Assembly (NCBI GenBank): GCA_963750165.1 | Contig: CAVVPN010000003.1 | Coordinates: 3,456,001 to 3,520,000 of the forward strand | DNA length: 64,000 nt | From: an uncultured Gemmataceae bacterium | Lineage (GTDB): Bacteria; Planctomycetota; Planctomycetia; Gemmatales; Gemmataceae | Reading direction: 5' to 3' | In this document: piece by piece, positions 12,301 through 24,302 of the stretch | How the letters are laid out: each line of letters begins with the position of its first letter | Numbering within the stretch: the stretch's first letter is position 1 | Notes under the pieces: model-generated | Seen by the model: the letters and a program-made list of their open reading frames with translations, nothing else | Told to the model about the DNA's origin: nothing | Databases searched by the model: none | Made by a program: the position numbers and the translations under genes

Positions 12301-15300
12301 CTGGAAAGTGCTCTGGACCGTTACCACGATGGGCGTGGTCGTGGTGGGAAGCGCGAGCGTCGTGGTCGGCGGGGTGGCACTCGTCACGATGGTCAGCGTA
12401 CCGCCCGGGGACGAAGACGGTGGACTGTTCATGAACACTACGTTCTGGAGCGTGCTGGTGGTGGTGTTGACCGTCACCGGGACCGTCACGGTGGAGATGT
12501 CCACCGTCGTGCCGGTCGTGACCATGATGGTCAGGCCGGCCAGCGTCGTTTCCGTGAGCGTCACGTACTGGCTGTACTGGCCGGCAGTGACGGGCCGGGT
12601 GCCCTGGGTCAGGGAGCCGATGCTCAGGTTGGTCCGGATCGTCAGGGTGCGCTGGGCCGTGGAATTGCTGTCCGCCGAGTACAGGGCGATACCCGCGCCG
12701 GTGGTCGCGGCATCGATCAACGTCACGTTGGCGCTGAGGATGAGGGGGTTGCCGACCGTCAAGTTACCCACGGTCGTCACGTTCCCCCCGAGGGTCGTTT
12801 GCCCCGCCGCACCGGTGACCAGCCCCGTGAGCGGGGCGGCGTCGCCGACATCGCCGGTGAAGGTCGTCGTGCCAGCCGTGTTCACCGTGAGAACATGCGG
12901 CCCATCGACGGTGCCCAGGAAGCTGATGTTGCCGCCGCCCGTGGAGGTCAGGGCGACGGCATTGCCGAGGACCGTGGGCCCATAGGTTTGGTTGCCGGTG
13001 GTACTCACACTACCGTCCAGGACCGTGGCGTTGGCGACGGCGACGCTGGTCAGTGACGTGGAATTGCCGACGGCGGCGCTGAACGTGGTCACGCCGGAAC
13101 TGCTATCGCTCAGGTTGTAGCCGCCGTTGAGGGCGCTGGCGAACAGGACGGCTCCGGTGTTGTTGATCGTCACTGCGCCGCCGGTCACCTCGGTGATGCC
13201 CGTCACCGTGAGGGTGGTGCTGGTGTTGGTCAGGCTGATGGTGCCGCTGGTGTTGTTGGTGGCGTTGAAGGTGCCGACGCTGTTGGCGCCGTTCAGGGTG
13301 GTGCCGGTCGCGGACGACGTGGTCAGGGTGCCGGTGGTGCTGACCAGGCCGCCCGTCTCGGTAATGCTCGTGGAGGCGGTGGCATTGATGGCGCCGGAGG
13401 TGCTACTGACCGTGCCGAGGATGGTGATGGCGCCGGTGGATGCGCCCGTGGCCGAGAGCGTCACGGAGTTTGCGCCCGGCGCGGTCACCGCGGCCCCGGT
13501 ATCGATGTCGATGCCGACCGTGGTACTGCCGCCGCCTGCGCCAGTAACGGAGATGTTACCGCCCGTGGCGGTCACCAGCGCTGCGACGCCGTTCACGTAG
13601 ACGCCGAAGTCGCCGCTGCCGGACGTATTGCCGCCGGTTCCCTGGATGGTGACCGTGCCGGTGCCGCCCGCTGTCACGGTGCTGCTACTGTCGATTTGCA
13701 CGCCGACGTTGTTGCTGCTTGCGCCGAACCGCCGCCAAAGCCGGTGACCGAGACGTTGCCGTTGTGGGATGTCAGCGAACCGCTTTGGAGAACGTAGACG
13801 CCGATTTCGGTGCCCCCGCTGGCGCCGCCACCGGTGCCCTGGACGGTGACTGTGCCAGTACCTCCCGCGGTGATCTGGCCGCTGACGGCGACGACGACGC
13901 CGTAGGCGGTGGCACTGGCGCCGGTGCCGCCGCCGATGCCGGTGACGGAGACGTTGCCGCCGCTGCTCGTCACCTGGGAGCCGATGCCGGTCAAGTAGAC
14001 GCCGTAGACATAAGACCCGGCGCCGCCGATGCCGCCAGTGCCCATAACGGTGACCGTACCGGCGCCCCCCGCCATGATCTTGCCGCCGGTATCGAGCACG
14101 ACGCCGTCATTGCTGCCCGTGAGGCCGGCGCCGCCGCCGGTGCCGGTGACCGAGACGTTGCCGCCACCGGATGTCACCAGCGAGCCGCTGCCGGTGACCC
14201 AGACGCCGAAGTTTTCGGTCACGGCACTGGCGCCGCCGGTGCCCGTGATGCTGACGGAGCCGCTGGCGCCCGTGGTCTGGACCTTGCCGCCGCCTTCAAT
14301 CACGACCCCGGAGACACCGGTCGTTCCTCCCTTGCCCAGAAGCTGCACGGCGCCCGTGGTGCTCTGGACCGTGGCGCCGTTGATGTCGATGCCGATGAAG
14401 TTGCCCGCCGTGGTACCGGTGCTGTTGGCTGTCAAGGTCAAGGACCCGGAACCGGCCGCCGTCACGCCGGCGGTGACGGTCATGCCTCCGGTCGAGGTCA
14501 GGCTGATGTTGCCGTTGGCGGTGGCGGTGGTCGAGACGGCGCCGGTGACGCTCAGCGCGCCGGTCTGGCTGATCGTCACGTTGGACCCAGCAGCCGTGCC
14601 ACTCTGGGTGATGCCGGTCACCGCCAGGGTCGTCGAGATGTTGGTCAGGCTGATGGGGCCGCTGGTGCTGTTGGTAGCCGTGAAGTTACTGAGAGAATTG
14701 CCGGGATCGGTGAGCGTGATGCCGGTGCTGGCGCTGGCGGTCAGCGTGGCCGCGTTGATGCCGGCGCTTTGCGTGATGGCGCCGCCGGTGGAGGTCACAG
14801 TCACCGACCCGGTGCCGCTGATGGGGTTGGCCAAATTCACGCTGCTGCTGAAGTCGTAGACCAGGGCGCCGTTATTGGTGATGAAGCCCGTCGTCAGAGC
14901 ACCCGTCGTGCCGCCGTTGCCGACCTGGAGCGTGCCGGTGGAAATGTTCGTCGCGCCGGTGCCGGTCAAGGTGCCCGTCACTGAAACGGTGGCGCTACTA
15001 TTGGCGATGTCCAGGGCGCCGCCAGTGTTCACCAAACTGCCGCTGCCGCCGGGGCCGGTACCGACGTAGTTGTCCTCGACGACATTGCCGGTATTCGCAC
15101 CCGTGCCGCCGAACTGGATGCCGAAGCCCGAGTTGCCGCTGATGAGATTGGCTGCCGCCGCCGTGGCGCCGCCGATGGTGTTCCCGGAGATATCGACCTC
15201 GACGCCGACGACGTTGCCGAGGCCGCTGTCGCCGGCGGCGTCGGTGCCGATGAAGTTGCCGGCCACGGTGTTATTGCTGGCGGGGGCGCCGATGGAGGTG

Positions 15301-18300
15301 TAAATCCACACGCCAAACAGGGTGGCCCCGGCGATAACGTTGCCAGCTCCGCTGACAACCCCGCCGATGGTGTTGCCGTGGGCGCCGGCGTAAATGCTCA
15401 CGTCGTAATTGGGTTCCCCGCTCGCGGGCACCTGGGTGCCGCCCACCCTGGTGCCGATGAAGTTACCTTCGACCACGTTGTTGCTGGTTCCTCCCTGACC
15501 GTTAATCGCAACGTCCGACCCGCCGGCAGTGATGACGTTGCGCGCGGCCGGCGTGGTGCCGCCGATGGTGTTGAGAGAAGCCCCGTTGGAGATGAGCACG
15601 CCGAGGTCGGTACCGAGTATGGTGGTGCCGGTCGCGTCGAGGCCGATGATATTGCCCTGGACCTGCGTGCCCGTGGTGCCCGACTGTTCGAGGTAGACGT
15701 CCCAAAATCCGTTGGCGGAGATGACGTTACCGGCCCCCGCCGCCGTGCCGCCAATCGTGGCGTTGGCGGTGTTGTAGACATCGATACCGTACTGCGTGTT
15801 CGCGAGCGCGTTCAAACCCGCCGCATTGGTGCCGATGTAATTGCCCTCGATGCCGTTGCCGCTGCCGGCGGCATTCAGGTAGATGCCGGTGTTGGAGTTG
15901 CCGCTGATGACGTTGCCGGCCCCGGCCGTCGTGCCGCCGACGAGGTTGTTCGTCGCGCTGCTATCGATCGCCACCCCGATGCTGTTCGCCACGGCCGCCG
16001 TGCCGCCGGCGTTGGTGCCGATGTAGTTGCCTTGAATCACGTTGTTGTTGCTGGTGACCTCAATGCCGTCGCCGCCGAAACCGTTGATGACCAGCCCCAT
16101 GACCGTGGTGTTACCGGCCGCGAGGGTCAGGCCGTTCGCGCCCACGCCGGCGCTGGCGCCGTTCAGGACGATCAGGGGGGTGCCGCTGTATCCGGGTTGG
16201 GTGGTGCCGTCGATGGTGACCGCCTCGGTGACCGTCGGCAGCGCCGAGGTCGGGGTGATTGTCTGCGCACCGGATCCGATCTTGATAACGATGGTGTTGC
16301 CGCCGGCGGTCGCGTTGGTGTTGAGGATGGCCTGGCGCAGCGAGCCGGTGCCGCTGTCGGTGATGTTCGTGACCTTGAACAGGTACTCGTAGGCGCCGAT
16401 GTCGGTGCTGCCGAAGCGCGTCTGGCCGCGCTGGTCGGTGTACCCGTCCATGACCGTGGCGATCGTGAGCGTCGTCCCGCCCGACCCGAGTCCGGTCATC
16501 TGCGGCAGGTTTTGATTGGCCAGGGAGCCGGCGAACGTGATCGTGTAAAAGTCCCCGTACTGGTTCACGATCACGCTACCGCCCACCCCGGTGATGCTCG
16601 CCAGGGCGTTCAATGCGTTCTGAACCGCGACGGCAGACGCGCCGTTGAGAAGTGACGCCGTCGTTTGCCCGTTGAAGGTGAGCGTGAACGTACCCGTCGC
16701 GACGGGGACGGTGACGGACTGCACCTCCGAGACGGCCACGAGGGCGCTGTTGCCGGCACCGATGGCCGGGCTGGCCGGCAGCAGGGCCAGCGTTTGCGTC
16801 GGGCCGCCGTTGCTGGCCAGTGCGCCAAGCTGGGGGTTGAGCGGCGCGGCGATGGTCCCGGTCAGGTCGCCGCCGACCCAGCCGACGCTGCCGTCGGTCT
16901 TGCCGATCAGGTTGTTGCCATTGGAGGTGAGGAACCCCAGGCTCGGGGAATTGACATCGGGCCCGCTACTGTTGGGAAGGTTGTTCCCCGCCACGATCGT
17001 GTTGCCGATGTGCAGGTCGCCGCCGTTGTCCAGACCGCCGCCGGCGGTGGTGGCGGTGTTGCCGCTGACGGTGCAGTTGGTCAGCGTCGCGGCAAAGCCG
17101 GTGCGCAGACCGCCGCCGGAGGTGGCGGCGGTGTTGCCGCTGACGGTGCAGTTGGTCAGCGTGTCCTGGCCGTTGTTGTCGTACAGGCCGCCACCTGCAC
17201 CGTTCGTGGTGTTGCCGCTGACCGTGCAATCGGTCAGCGAGAAACGGAAGCCGGCACCGGATGCCGCCAGGCCGCCACCGCCGGTGGCTGCGTAGTTGCC
17301 GCTGACGGCGCAGTTGGTCAGATATGTGTGGCCTGTGGCTACCAGGCCGCCGCCGGTACCGCTGGAGGTGTTGCCGCTGATGGTGCAGTTGAGCATCGTC
17401 AGCGTGCCGCCGTTGGCCAGACCGCCGCCGGTAGAGGTGGCGACGTTGTTGTTGACGGTGCAGTTGAGCATCGACAGCGTGCCGCTGTTGTCCAGACCGC
17501 CGCCGTCCACGCCCTGGCCGCCGGTGACCGTCAGCCCCAACAATGCCGCTGACTTGTTGGCATTGACGATGAATACCTGGCTTGCGTTGTTGCCGCTGAT
17601 CGACAGCAGGCTCGCACCGGGGCCGGTGATCGTGGTGCGGGCCGCGTCGGTGAAGGTGATCGCGCCGCTGGTCAGGGTGATGGTCTGCGGCGTGTTGAAC
17701 AGGCTGGTGAAGATGACGGTGTCGGCGGTGGTGGCGGCGTTGGCGTTGAGGACGGCCTGGCGCAGCGAGCCGTTGCCGCTGTCGCTGGTGTTGGTGACCT
17801 TGAACTGATACTCAAAGGCGCCGATGTCGCTGTTGCCGAAGCGCGTCAGGCCGCGCTGGTCGGTCGCCGGGGCGGTAACGGCGTTGCCGGCGTTGATGGC
17901 CGGGCTGCTGGAGAGCAACGGGATCGTCTGGGTTAGGCCGCCGTAGCTGCCCAGTGTTCCCAGCTGGGCGTTGAGCGGCGCAGCGCCGGTGCCGGTCAGG
18001 TCGGAGCCGACCCAACCACTACTGCCAGTGATGTCGCTGACCAGATTGTGGCCGCCGGAGATCACCCCATCGCAGACCTCGGGGTGCGTGGGGTTCGAGT
18101 CCCCCGCGAGGATCGAATTCGTGACCGTGATACTGTAACCGCCGTAGTAATTGTCGATGGCGCCGCCAGAGCCGGCGGCAGTATTGAGGGTGAACGTGCA
18201 ATTGGTGACCGTGACGGTCCCTCGGGCCTCGATGCCGCCGCCAGAGATGCCCGTCATATTGGCTGCCACCGTGCAGTTAGAGAGGCTGAGGCTCCCGCCC

Positions 18301-19049
18301 TGGGTGAACAGCGCACCACCGTAGCCTGTCGCCGAGTTGCCGGTGAGCGTGCTGCCGGTTAACGTCATGGTGCCCGTGTTGAAGATGCCACCGGTCGTGG
18401 CGGCCGTGTTGCCACTGATGGTGCAGTTGATCAGAATCGAGGTGCCCTGCGCGTACAGGGCGCCGCCGTTGGCCGAGGAGGCGGAGTTGCCGCTAACGGT
18501 CGTGTCGGTCATGGTCAGCAGGCCGTTGCTGAAGATGCCGCCGCCGTTACCGGTTGCGGTGTTGCCGCTGACGGTGACATTGGTCAGCGACAGCGTGCCG
18601 AGGCTATAAATGCCGCCGCCGGTCAGGCCGCTATTGCCCCCGGTGACCTTCAACCCCGAGATCGAAGCCGCCGTCCCGGCGTTGAGCCAGAACACCTGCT
18701 GCGTGTTGCCGCCGCTGACCGTCACGTTCGCCGCCGGGCCGGTGATCGTGGTGAGGGCCGTGTCGGTGAAAGTGATCGCGCCGCTGGTCAGGGTGATGGT
18801 CTGCGGCGTGGCGAACACGCCGGTGGTGTCGAACGTGATCGTGTCGGCCCCCAGGTTCGAGTTCGCCTGGGCGACCGCGTCGCGGAGCGAGCCGGCACCG
18901 GTATCGTTCGTGTTGGTCACGAGGTAGTTGGCCGGAACAATACGGTCCTCAAGCGCCTCCAGGGCCAGTCGGACCCAGTGCGGCTCCTTACGCATCGGGC
19001 GGCTGACGGGGCGGGCGAATATGTTGCGGATCCAGGAACGCTTCATCAT
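318..19049 (-). CDS. Giant secreted multidomain protein (~6,240 aa): planctomycete export motif, beta-helix/choice-of-anchor-Q-like repeats, 12-aa repeat array, zincin metalloprotease, PPC-like and Ig-like domains, S53 peptidase. Broken by two single-base indels.
   Basis: ORFs 13674-19061, 9505-13701 and 318-9524 join if one G is added near 13724 and one extra C is removed near 9554. ATG at 19049 follows GGAG. Motifs: LEALEDRIVPA, GSLRDAV/GSLRQA, TDQRG..DIGA(F/Y)E, HELGHTLGLRH, EMEIALDVEW, STGD, GGTSLSAP and C-terminal ALDAIFEGL. Confidence 0.85.
900..1990 (-). other. Sedolisin (peptidase S53) catalytic domain within the giant protein
   Basis: YTPAQIRSAYG start, ExxLD catalytic Glu/Asp (EIALD), oxyanion STGD, catalytic Ser in GGTSLSAP, and YNLATGLGSP C-terminal motif. 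Boundaries are approximate. Confidence 0.9.
4161..4193 (-). other. Zinc-binding motif HEXXHXXGXXH of a metalloprotease domain within the giant protein
   Basis: Translated HELGHTLGLRH. Confidence 0.85.
5784..6360 (-). repeat. Coding tandem repeat, 36 bp / 12 aa, 16 copies (TPLPVVAAGAxI)
   Basis: Counted directly in the translation of ORF 318-9524. Confidence 0.9.
6500..11518 (-). repeat. Coding tandem repeat, 36 bp / 12 aa, about 140 copies ([LVA]-x-x-[TG]-T-L-N-[AT]-V-L-G-G)
   Basis: The 36-bp period is visible, e.g. GCCGCCGAGCACGGTGTTCAGGGTGCCGCTGCCCAC repeated from 6921. Copy number is estimated as span/36. Confidence 0.95.
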
Positions 19050-19121
19050 GGGTAACTCCAAAAAAAGGATGGAAAACCGCCCGTGTGCGGACTGAGTTCA
19101 GGGTTTACAAGGGAACACGAA

Positions 19122-20249
19122 TCAAGAGGCGCGAACCGTTGCCGCGACCTCGCCGAGCCATTCGGTGGGAACCACGAAGGAGTTCTCCAGCAACTCCCCG
19201 TCTTCATTAATCAGGTCCGGATAGCGCCGGCCCAGCACCGTCACGGCAAACACTTCCTGAACACTGGTCTCGAAGCGCAGCAGTGCCGCCACTTGCCCGG
19301 TCGTCAGGTCGATGGCGCAAACGCCGCAGGCTCGCTCATGCTCGGCTAGCCGTTCGGTGATCGTGATGCCGCTGAAGACGGCGCTCTCGCGCACCTGCGA
19401 CAGGCCGACGAAGGCGAATTTCCCGGCGAAATCGAGGCCCCGGGTGAAGCCCGGCAACTCGGTGATTGACTCGTACTTGCCGCTGTTCGGGTCGATAAAG
19501 CCGAGCGTCCCCGCGCCCGATTCGCAGACCCAGAGCCGGCCGGCGTACCAGCGCGGCGAGTGCGGCATCGATAACCCGCGGGTGATCACCGCGCCCAGGT
19601 CCAGGTCGATCAGGATGCCGCCCCTGGCCTTGTTGGCCCGCCAGCCGCCCGGTTCGTCCGTCTCCCCAAGCGCCGTGACGTAGCGCGGGCGGCCATCGAC
19701 CACCGCCAGGCCGTTCAGGTGGCAGCGGTCGGAGGGCTCCAGCGCCGAGACGAACGGCGGTCGCCACCGCGGCGCGAAGCTGGCCGAAGGGTCGAGCGTG
19801 CAGAGGCACGAGAACCGGGTGTTGATGACCCAGAGCACCCCCTCGGCGCTCCAGGCCATCTCATGAATCTGAATGTTGCCCGTGACGTGACTGGAGCGGG
19901 GCAGGTAGCAGGCGTCGTGCCGCCCGGGCGGTTCGAGCCGCGCGGCGACGGCCGGGACGTTGACGTATTCCCAGACCTGGATGGTGGTGCCGATGGCCAG
20001 CCGGTCGCCGTCGAGGGCCATGCCCATGGGGGCCTGAAAGACGCGAAAGTGGGTGTTGAGGTGGTCCCCCTCAGCGCGGACGATCACGAGTTTGCCGGCC
20101 TGGTAGGTGGTGACCAGCAACGACGCGCCGAGTTCCCGCAACAGCGCGGGGAAGTTCGGCGTGTGGACGGCCCGCAGCGGCGCCGGGTCGTCCGATACGG
20201 GGCGTCCCGAGTCCTGGATCAGGAGATCAGGAGCATGTTGCAGAGTCAT
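19122..20249 (-). CDS. TIGR03032 (DUF4915) family protein
   Basis: Family motifs TTYQAGKL, IHEMAW, NTRFSCL, DRCHLNGLA, GLSMPHSPRW and PGFTRGL. Start placed at ATG 20249; the ORF track extends to 20348. Confidence 0.85.
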   Translation of the reverse strand: MTLQHAPDLLIQDSGRPVSDDPAPLRAVHTPNFPALLRELGASLLVTTYQAGKLVIVRAEGDHLNTHFRVFQAPMGMALDGDRLAIGTTIQVWEYVNVPAVAARLEPPGRHDACYLPRSSHVTGNIQIHEMAWSAEGVLWVINTRFSCLCTLDPSASFAPRWRPPFVSALEPSDRCHLNGLAVVDGRPRYVTALGETDEPGGWRANKARGGILIDLDLGAVITRGLSMPHSPRWYAGRLWVCESGAGTLGFIDPNSGKYESITELPGFTRGLDFAGKFAFVGLSQVRESAVFSGITITERLAEHERACGVCAIDLTTGQVAALLRFETSVQEVFAVTVLGRRYPDLINEDGELLENSFVVPTEWLGEVAATVRAS

Positions 20250-20975
20250 GAAACACGTTGGTATTTGAACAACGAGCCAGCCGAACCTGGCGGAGTCAGT
20301 ACATTCTGGAAGCGCGTCTGGGCGGCCTGTCTTGACCAGGGGATCCAACAGAACTCATTTCGAGAAACGCAACCGACGACGGCACTTATAGCGAAACGGT
20401 TAAGCGCTACAGGCGACCGATCCTATGCATTCGTTCAGGTCATTTCGCAGTTACCGGCGCTCTGGTGGTCAACCGGGATCGAACGCGCAGCGGCATCTCT
20501 GGCACAAGCGTTTTCCAGAAAGCCAGACCGAGCGACCCGATTCGGGAGATCCAGCAACGCCAGGCAGATGTCGCGCTTATCACTTGGGAGTGATCTCCCT
20601 AGCTGTATGGGGTTGATTCACGATGCTTTTTTCAACGATTTATAGAATAATGCGACGCCCGGCCGAAATCACGCCAATTTTTCATAATTCCGGATCGGTC
20701 GCGGTGTCTGCGAGTTCCCGGCGAAGCCCGGCTCTGGGCCATGGCCCAAACCCGATCCGCGGTCGGGCTCACCGTTGTTAGCCGGGTGCGGATGGCGGGC
20801 GGCATCGATGGGTTCTGCCTCACGGCACGGCTGCAGGGCCGTTGCGGCTCCTCGCTCCCAATGCGAGATTCCGACCAAAAGCTGGCCAACAATTTTTTTT
20901 CACAACAAACCGCGCGGCAGCCGTCAAAAGGACGAGCGTAATCTACACCTCGCAGGGCGTTTTTTCCTGAATCGC

Positions 20976-20991
20976 CGGCACGGCTTGTGCC
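20976..20991 (+). promoter_or_regulatory. Candidate sigma54 (-24/-12) promoter upstream of clpB
   Basis: CGGCACGGCTTGTGCC has GG-N10-GC spacing and is a partial match to TGGCACGNNNNTTGC. Confidence 0.35.
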
Positions 20992-21127
20992 CTCTAAATA
21001 AGGCAGTAGCAGGTGACGCCGGAAAGGCCCTGGCCCAGCGGGGAGCTTGCGCCACGTCCGCCCGCGGCGTGCGGTCCCGGACCAGGGCTGCCCCGTTTCC
21101 GCTCACCGGAGAGGAGAATCACACTTC

Positions 21128-23704
21128 ATGAACACCGACCGTTTCAACGAACGCACCCAGGAAGCCCTGAGCGCCGGGCACCGCCTGGCGGCCAAGTTCG
21201 GCCACCAGCAGATGGATGTCGAGCATGTCCTGCTGGCGCTGCTCGATCAGGACCGCGGCCAGGCCGCCAGCCTGCTCAACCGCGCCGGCGTCGCCGCCGA
21301 GGCGCTCAAGATCAAGGTGCAGCGCGAACTGGAAAAGCTGCCGCGCGTCAGCGGCGGCGGTTCCGACCAGATCAGCATCACCGGCCGCCTCAACCGCCTG
21401 CTCGGCCAGGCCGAGGAGGAGGCGAAGCAGCTGAAGGAAGACAATGTCCAGGAGAAGCACCTGCTGTTGGCCATGCTGGAGGACACCGGCGCCGCCGGCA
21501 AGCTCCTGAAGGAGTTCGGCCTGAGCAAGGACAAATTGCTGGAGGCCATGAAGTTCGAGGCCCTGGAGCGCTACGGCCGCGACCTGACGCAGCTGGCCGA
21601 GCAGGGCAAACTCGACCCGGTCATCGGCCGCGATGAGGAAATCCGCCGCGTCATCCAGGTGCTGAGCCGTCGCACCAAGAACAACCCCGTGCTCATCGGC
21701 GAGCCCGGTGTCGGCAAGACCGCTATTGTGGAGGGATTAAGTCAACGAATCATCCGCGGCGACGTGCCCGAGGGCCTGAAGAACAAGCGTGTCGTTGCAC
21801 TCGACATGGGCGCCCTGATCGCCGGCGCCAAGTACCGTGGCGAATTCGAGGAGCGGCTGAAGGCCGTGCTCAAGGAAGTGCAGGAGGCCCAGGGCCAGAT
21901 CATCCTGTTCATTGACGAACTGCACACGGTCGTCGGCGCGGGCAAGGCCGAGGGCGCGATGGACGCCGGCAACCTGCTCAAGCCCATGCTGGCGCGCGGC
22001 GAGTTGCACTGCATCGGCGCCACCACCCTCGACGAGTATCGCAAGCACATCGAGAAGGACGCCGCCCTGGAACGGCGCTTCCAACCGGTGCTGGTCGATC
22101 AGCCGTCGGTCGAGGACACCATCTCGATCCTGCGCGGCCTGCGCGAGCGCTACGAGATCCACCACGGCGTACGCATCAAGGACGCGGCGCTGGTGGCGGC
22201 AGCGGTGCTGTCCAATCGCTACATCACCGACCGCTTCCTGCCGGACAAGGCCATTGACCTGGTGGACGAGGCCGCGGCCAAGCTGCGCACCGAGATCGAC
22301 TCGATGCCAACGGAACTGGACGAGATTTCGCGGCGCGTGATGCAGTTGCAGATCGAGCGTGAGGCGCTGAAGAAGGAGAAGGACGCCGCCTCGCGCGAGC
22401 GGCTCGACAAGCTCAACCGCGAGCTGGAGGAACTGGAAGGGCGGCTGAACCGGTTGAAGACGCAGTGGCAGAACGAGAAGAAGCGCGTGCAGGACGTGCG
22501 GCAGCTGCGCGAGCAGATCGAACAGACGAAGGTGGAGGTCGAGCAGGCGGAACGGCAGTACGACCTGAACCGCGCCGCCCAGTTGAAATACGGCAAGCTG
22601 CTGGAACTGGAGAAGCAGTTGAAGGCCGCCGAGGAGCAGTTGAACCAGAACCGCGGTGCTCAGGCGCTCATCAAGGAGGAGGTGGACGAGGAGGACATCG
22701 CCAGGGTCATCAGCCGCTGGACCAAGATTCCCGTCTCGAAGCTGCTGGAGGGTGAGGTGCAGAAGCTACTGCACCTGGGCGAGGAACTGCACAAGCGCGT
22801 CATCGGCCAGGACGAGGCGGTGCAGGCGGTGGCGGACGCGGTGCTGCGGGCGCGCTCGGGCCTGAAGGACCCGAACCGGCCCATCGGCTCGTTCATCTTC
22901 CTCGGCCCGACGGGAGTCGGCAAGACCGAGCTGGCGCGGGCGCTGGCGGAGTTCCTGTTCGACGACGAGCGGGCCATGATCCGCATTGACATGTCGGAGT
23001 ATCAGGAGAAGCACACGGTCTCGCGCCTCGTCGGCGCCCCGCCGGGCTACATCGGCTTTGAGGAGGGCGGTCAGTTGACCGAGGCGGTGCGGCGGCGGCC
23101 GTACTGCGTCGTGCTGTTCGACGAGATCGAGAAGGCGCACCATGACGTGTTCAACGTGCTGCTGCAAATCCTCGACGACGGCCGACTGACGGACGGCCAG
23201 GGCCGCACGGTGAACTTCAAGAACACCATCATCATCATGACCTCGAACGTTGGCAGCCAGCGCATCCTGAGTTACCGCGGCGCCTTCGACGGCGACGGCT
23301 ACGAGCGCATGAAAAACGCGGTGCTCGAGGAACTGCGCAGCCACTTCCGACCGGAGTTCCTGAATCGCGTGGACGAGATTATTGTGTTCCACGCGCTGTC
23401 GGAGGAGCACCTGAAGGACATCGTGGAAATCCAGCTGAACCGGTTGCGGCAGCGGCTGGCAGAGCGGCACATCACGTTGGAACTGACCGACCGGGCCAAG
23501 ACGCACCTGGTACAGACCGGCCATGACCCGGCGTACGGGGCGCGGCCGCTGAAGCGGGCGATTCAGAAGGAGGTCGAGAATGTGCTGGGCCGGCAACTGC
23601 TGGAGGGCAAGGTGCGCGACGGCCAGCATGTCGTCGCGGACTACGACGGCAGGAATGGGCAGCTGACGTTCCGAGCGCAGCAGGGCGTGCCGGCGGCCCG
23701 ATGA
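21128..23704 (+). CDS. clpB: ATP-dependent chaperone ClpB
   Basis: Clp N-domain, Walker A motifs GEPGVGKT and [19 protein letters not shown] pore loop, long coiled-coil middle domain, GARPLKR. RBS GGAGAGGAG precedes ATG 21128. Confidence 0.97.
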   Translation: MNTDRFNERTQEALSAGHRLAAKFGHQQMDVEHVLLALLDQDRGQAASLLNRAGVAAEALKIKVQRELEKLPRVSGGGSDQISITGRLNRLLGQAEEEAKQLKEDNVQEKHLLLAMLEDTGAAGKLLKEFGLSKDKLLEAMKFEALERYGRDLTQLAEQGKLDPVIGRDEEIRRVIQVLSRRTKNNPVLIGEPGVGKTAIVEGLSQRIIRGDVPEGLKNKRVVALDMGALIAGAKYRGEFEERLKAVLKEVQEAQGQIILFIDELHTVVGAGKAEGAMDAGNLLKPMLARGELHCIGATTLDEYRKHIEKDAALERRFQPVLVDQPSVEDTISILRGLRERYEIHHGVRIKDAALVAAAVLSNRYITDRFLPDKAIDLVDEAAAKLRTEIDSMPTELDEISRRVMQLQIEREALKKEKDAASRERLDKLNRELEELEGRLNRLKTQWQNEKKRVQDVRQLREQIEQTKVEVEQAERQYDLNRAAQLKYGKLLELEKQLKAAEEQLNQNRGAQALIKEEVDEEDIARVISRWTKIPVSKLLEGEVQKLLHLGEELHKRVIGQDEAVQAVADAVLRARSGLKDPNRPIGSFIFLGPTGVGKTELARALAEFLFDDERAMIRIDMSEYQEKHTVSRLVGAPPGYIGFEEGGQLTEAVRRRPYCVVLFDEIEKAHHDVFNVLLQILDDGRLTDGQGRTVNFKNTIIIMTSNVGSQRILSYRGAFDGDGYERMKNAVLEELRSHFRPEFLNRVDEIIVFHALSEEHLKDIVEIQLNRLRQRLAERHITLELTDRAKTHLVQTGHDPAYGARPLKRAIQKEVENVLGRQLLEGKVRDGQHVVADYDGRNGQLTFRAQQGVPAAR

Positions 23705-23712
23705 ATTACTAC

Positions 23713-23742
23713 CCGTCCCAGCCCTGCTACGGGCTGGGACGG
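23713..23742 (+). terminator. GC-rich hairpin just after clpB, possible terminator
   Basis: CCGTCCCAGCCC-TGCTAC-GGGCTGGGACGG: 12-bp stem with only a weak T tail. Confidence 0.5.
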
Positions 23743-23888
23743 TGATTTGCCGTTAGCCAGCTCCCACCTTGTTCTCCAGCCCTGCCGACGCCTGAGCCAT
23801 GAGAGACCGCACAATTTTTAACACTTCTGGGGAAGCAAAAATTGCGCGGAGGTGATTCTCAGGCGGAGCCGAACAACAACTTCCAAGA

Positions 23889-23938
23889 GTAGGACGGCTC
23901 TCCAGAGCCGTCCCGACGGCTCTGGAGAGCCGTCCTAC
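23889..23938. repeat. GTAG-type REP doublet (GACGGCTCTCCAGAGCCGTC family)
   Basis: GTAGGACGGCTCTCCAGAGCCGTC followed by its reverse complement. The same core recurs four times at 28757-28936. Confidence 0.85.
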
Positions 23939-24054
23939 GAAGTTGTTGTTCGGCGCCTCCTCAAAGTGCTCGGGGGTTGGCGCGATCCGTAGTGCGGTTT
24001 CCGCGTCAGGCAAAATAATTTGGGCAGGGTAAAGTTCGATGTCGTGGGAAACAT

Positions 24055-24230
24055 TTAATGCCATCGAGACTCGGCCGCTGGATGGTAACAGGTTCCCGGC
24101 GGTTCATGTTCAGGAGTCCCTGGAGGGTGGACATCGTGGGTCGAATCCCCGAAGAAACTCCACATGGGGTTGTAGAAAAAAAGATATTCTTTCTTGTTTA
24201 CAGTCCGCCAAGGAGAAAGAAGTCGAAGCC
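24055..24230 (-). pseudogene. Remnant resembling the C-terminal part of an endonuclease/exonuclease/phosphatase-family protein
   Basis: RTVNKKEYLFFYNPMWSFFGD...PPGTCY...WH, then a stop. No N-terminus, and locally lower GC. Confidence 0.45.
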
Positions 24231-24302
24231 GTTCGCCGAGCCACGCACCGCGGAGTATAATCAACAGGAAAGTTTCCGTTTCCTCTCGAAAGGGTTCCTG
24301 TC

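Noticed and set aside
20350..21127. CIRCE/HrcA operator, small ORFs or ncRNA upstream of clpB
   Set aside because: No TTAGCACTC-N9-GAGTGCTAA was found, and the short ORFs lack coding bias or motifs.
23753..24064. 103-aa minus-strand ORF
   Set aside because: Spans a REP doublet, with no recognisable motif or start signal.
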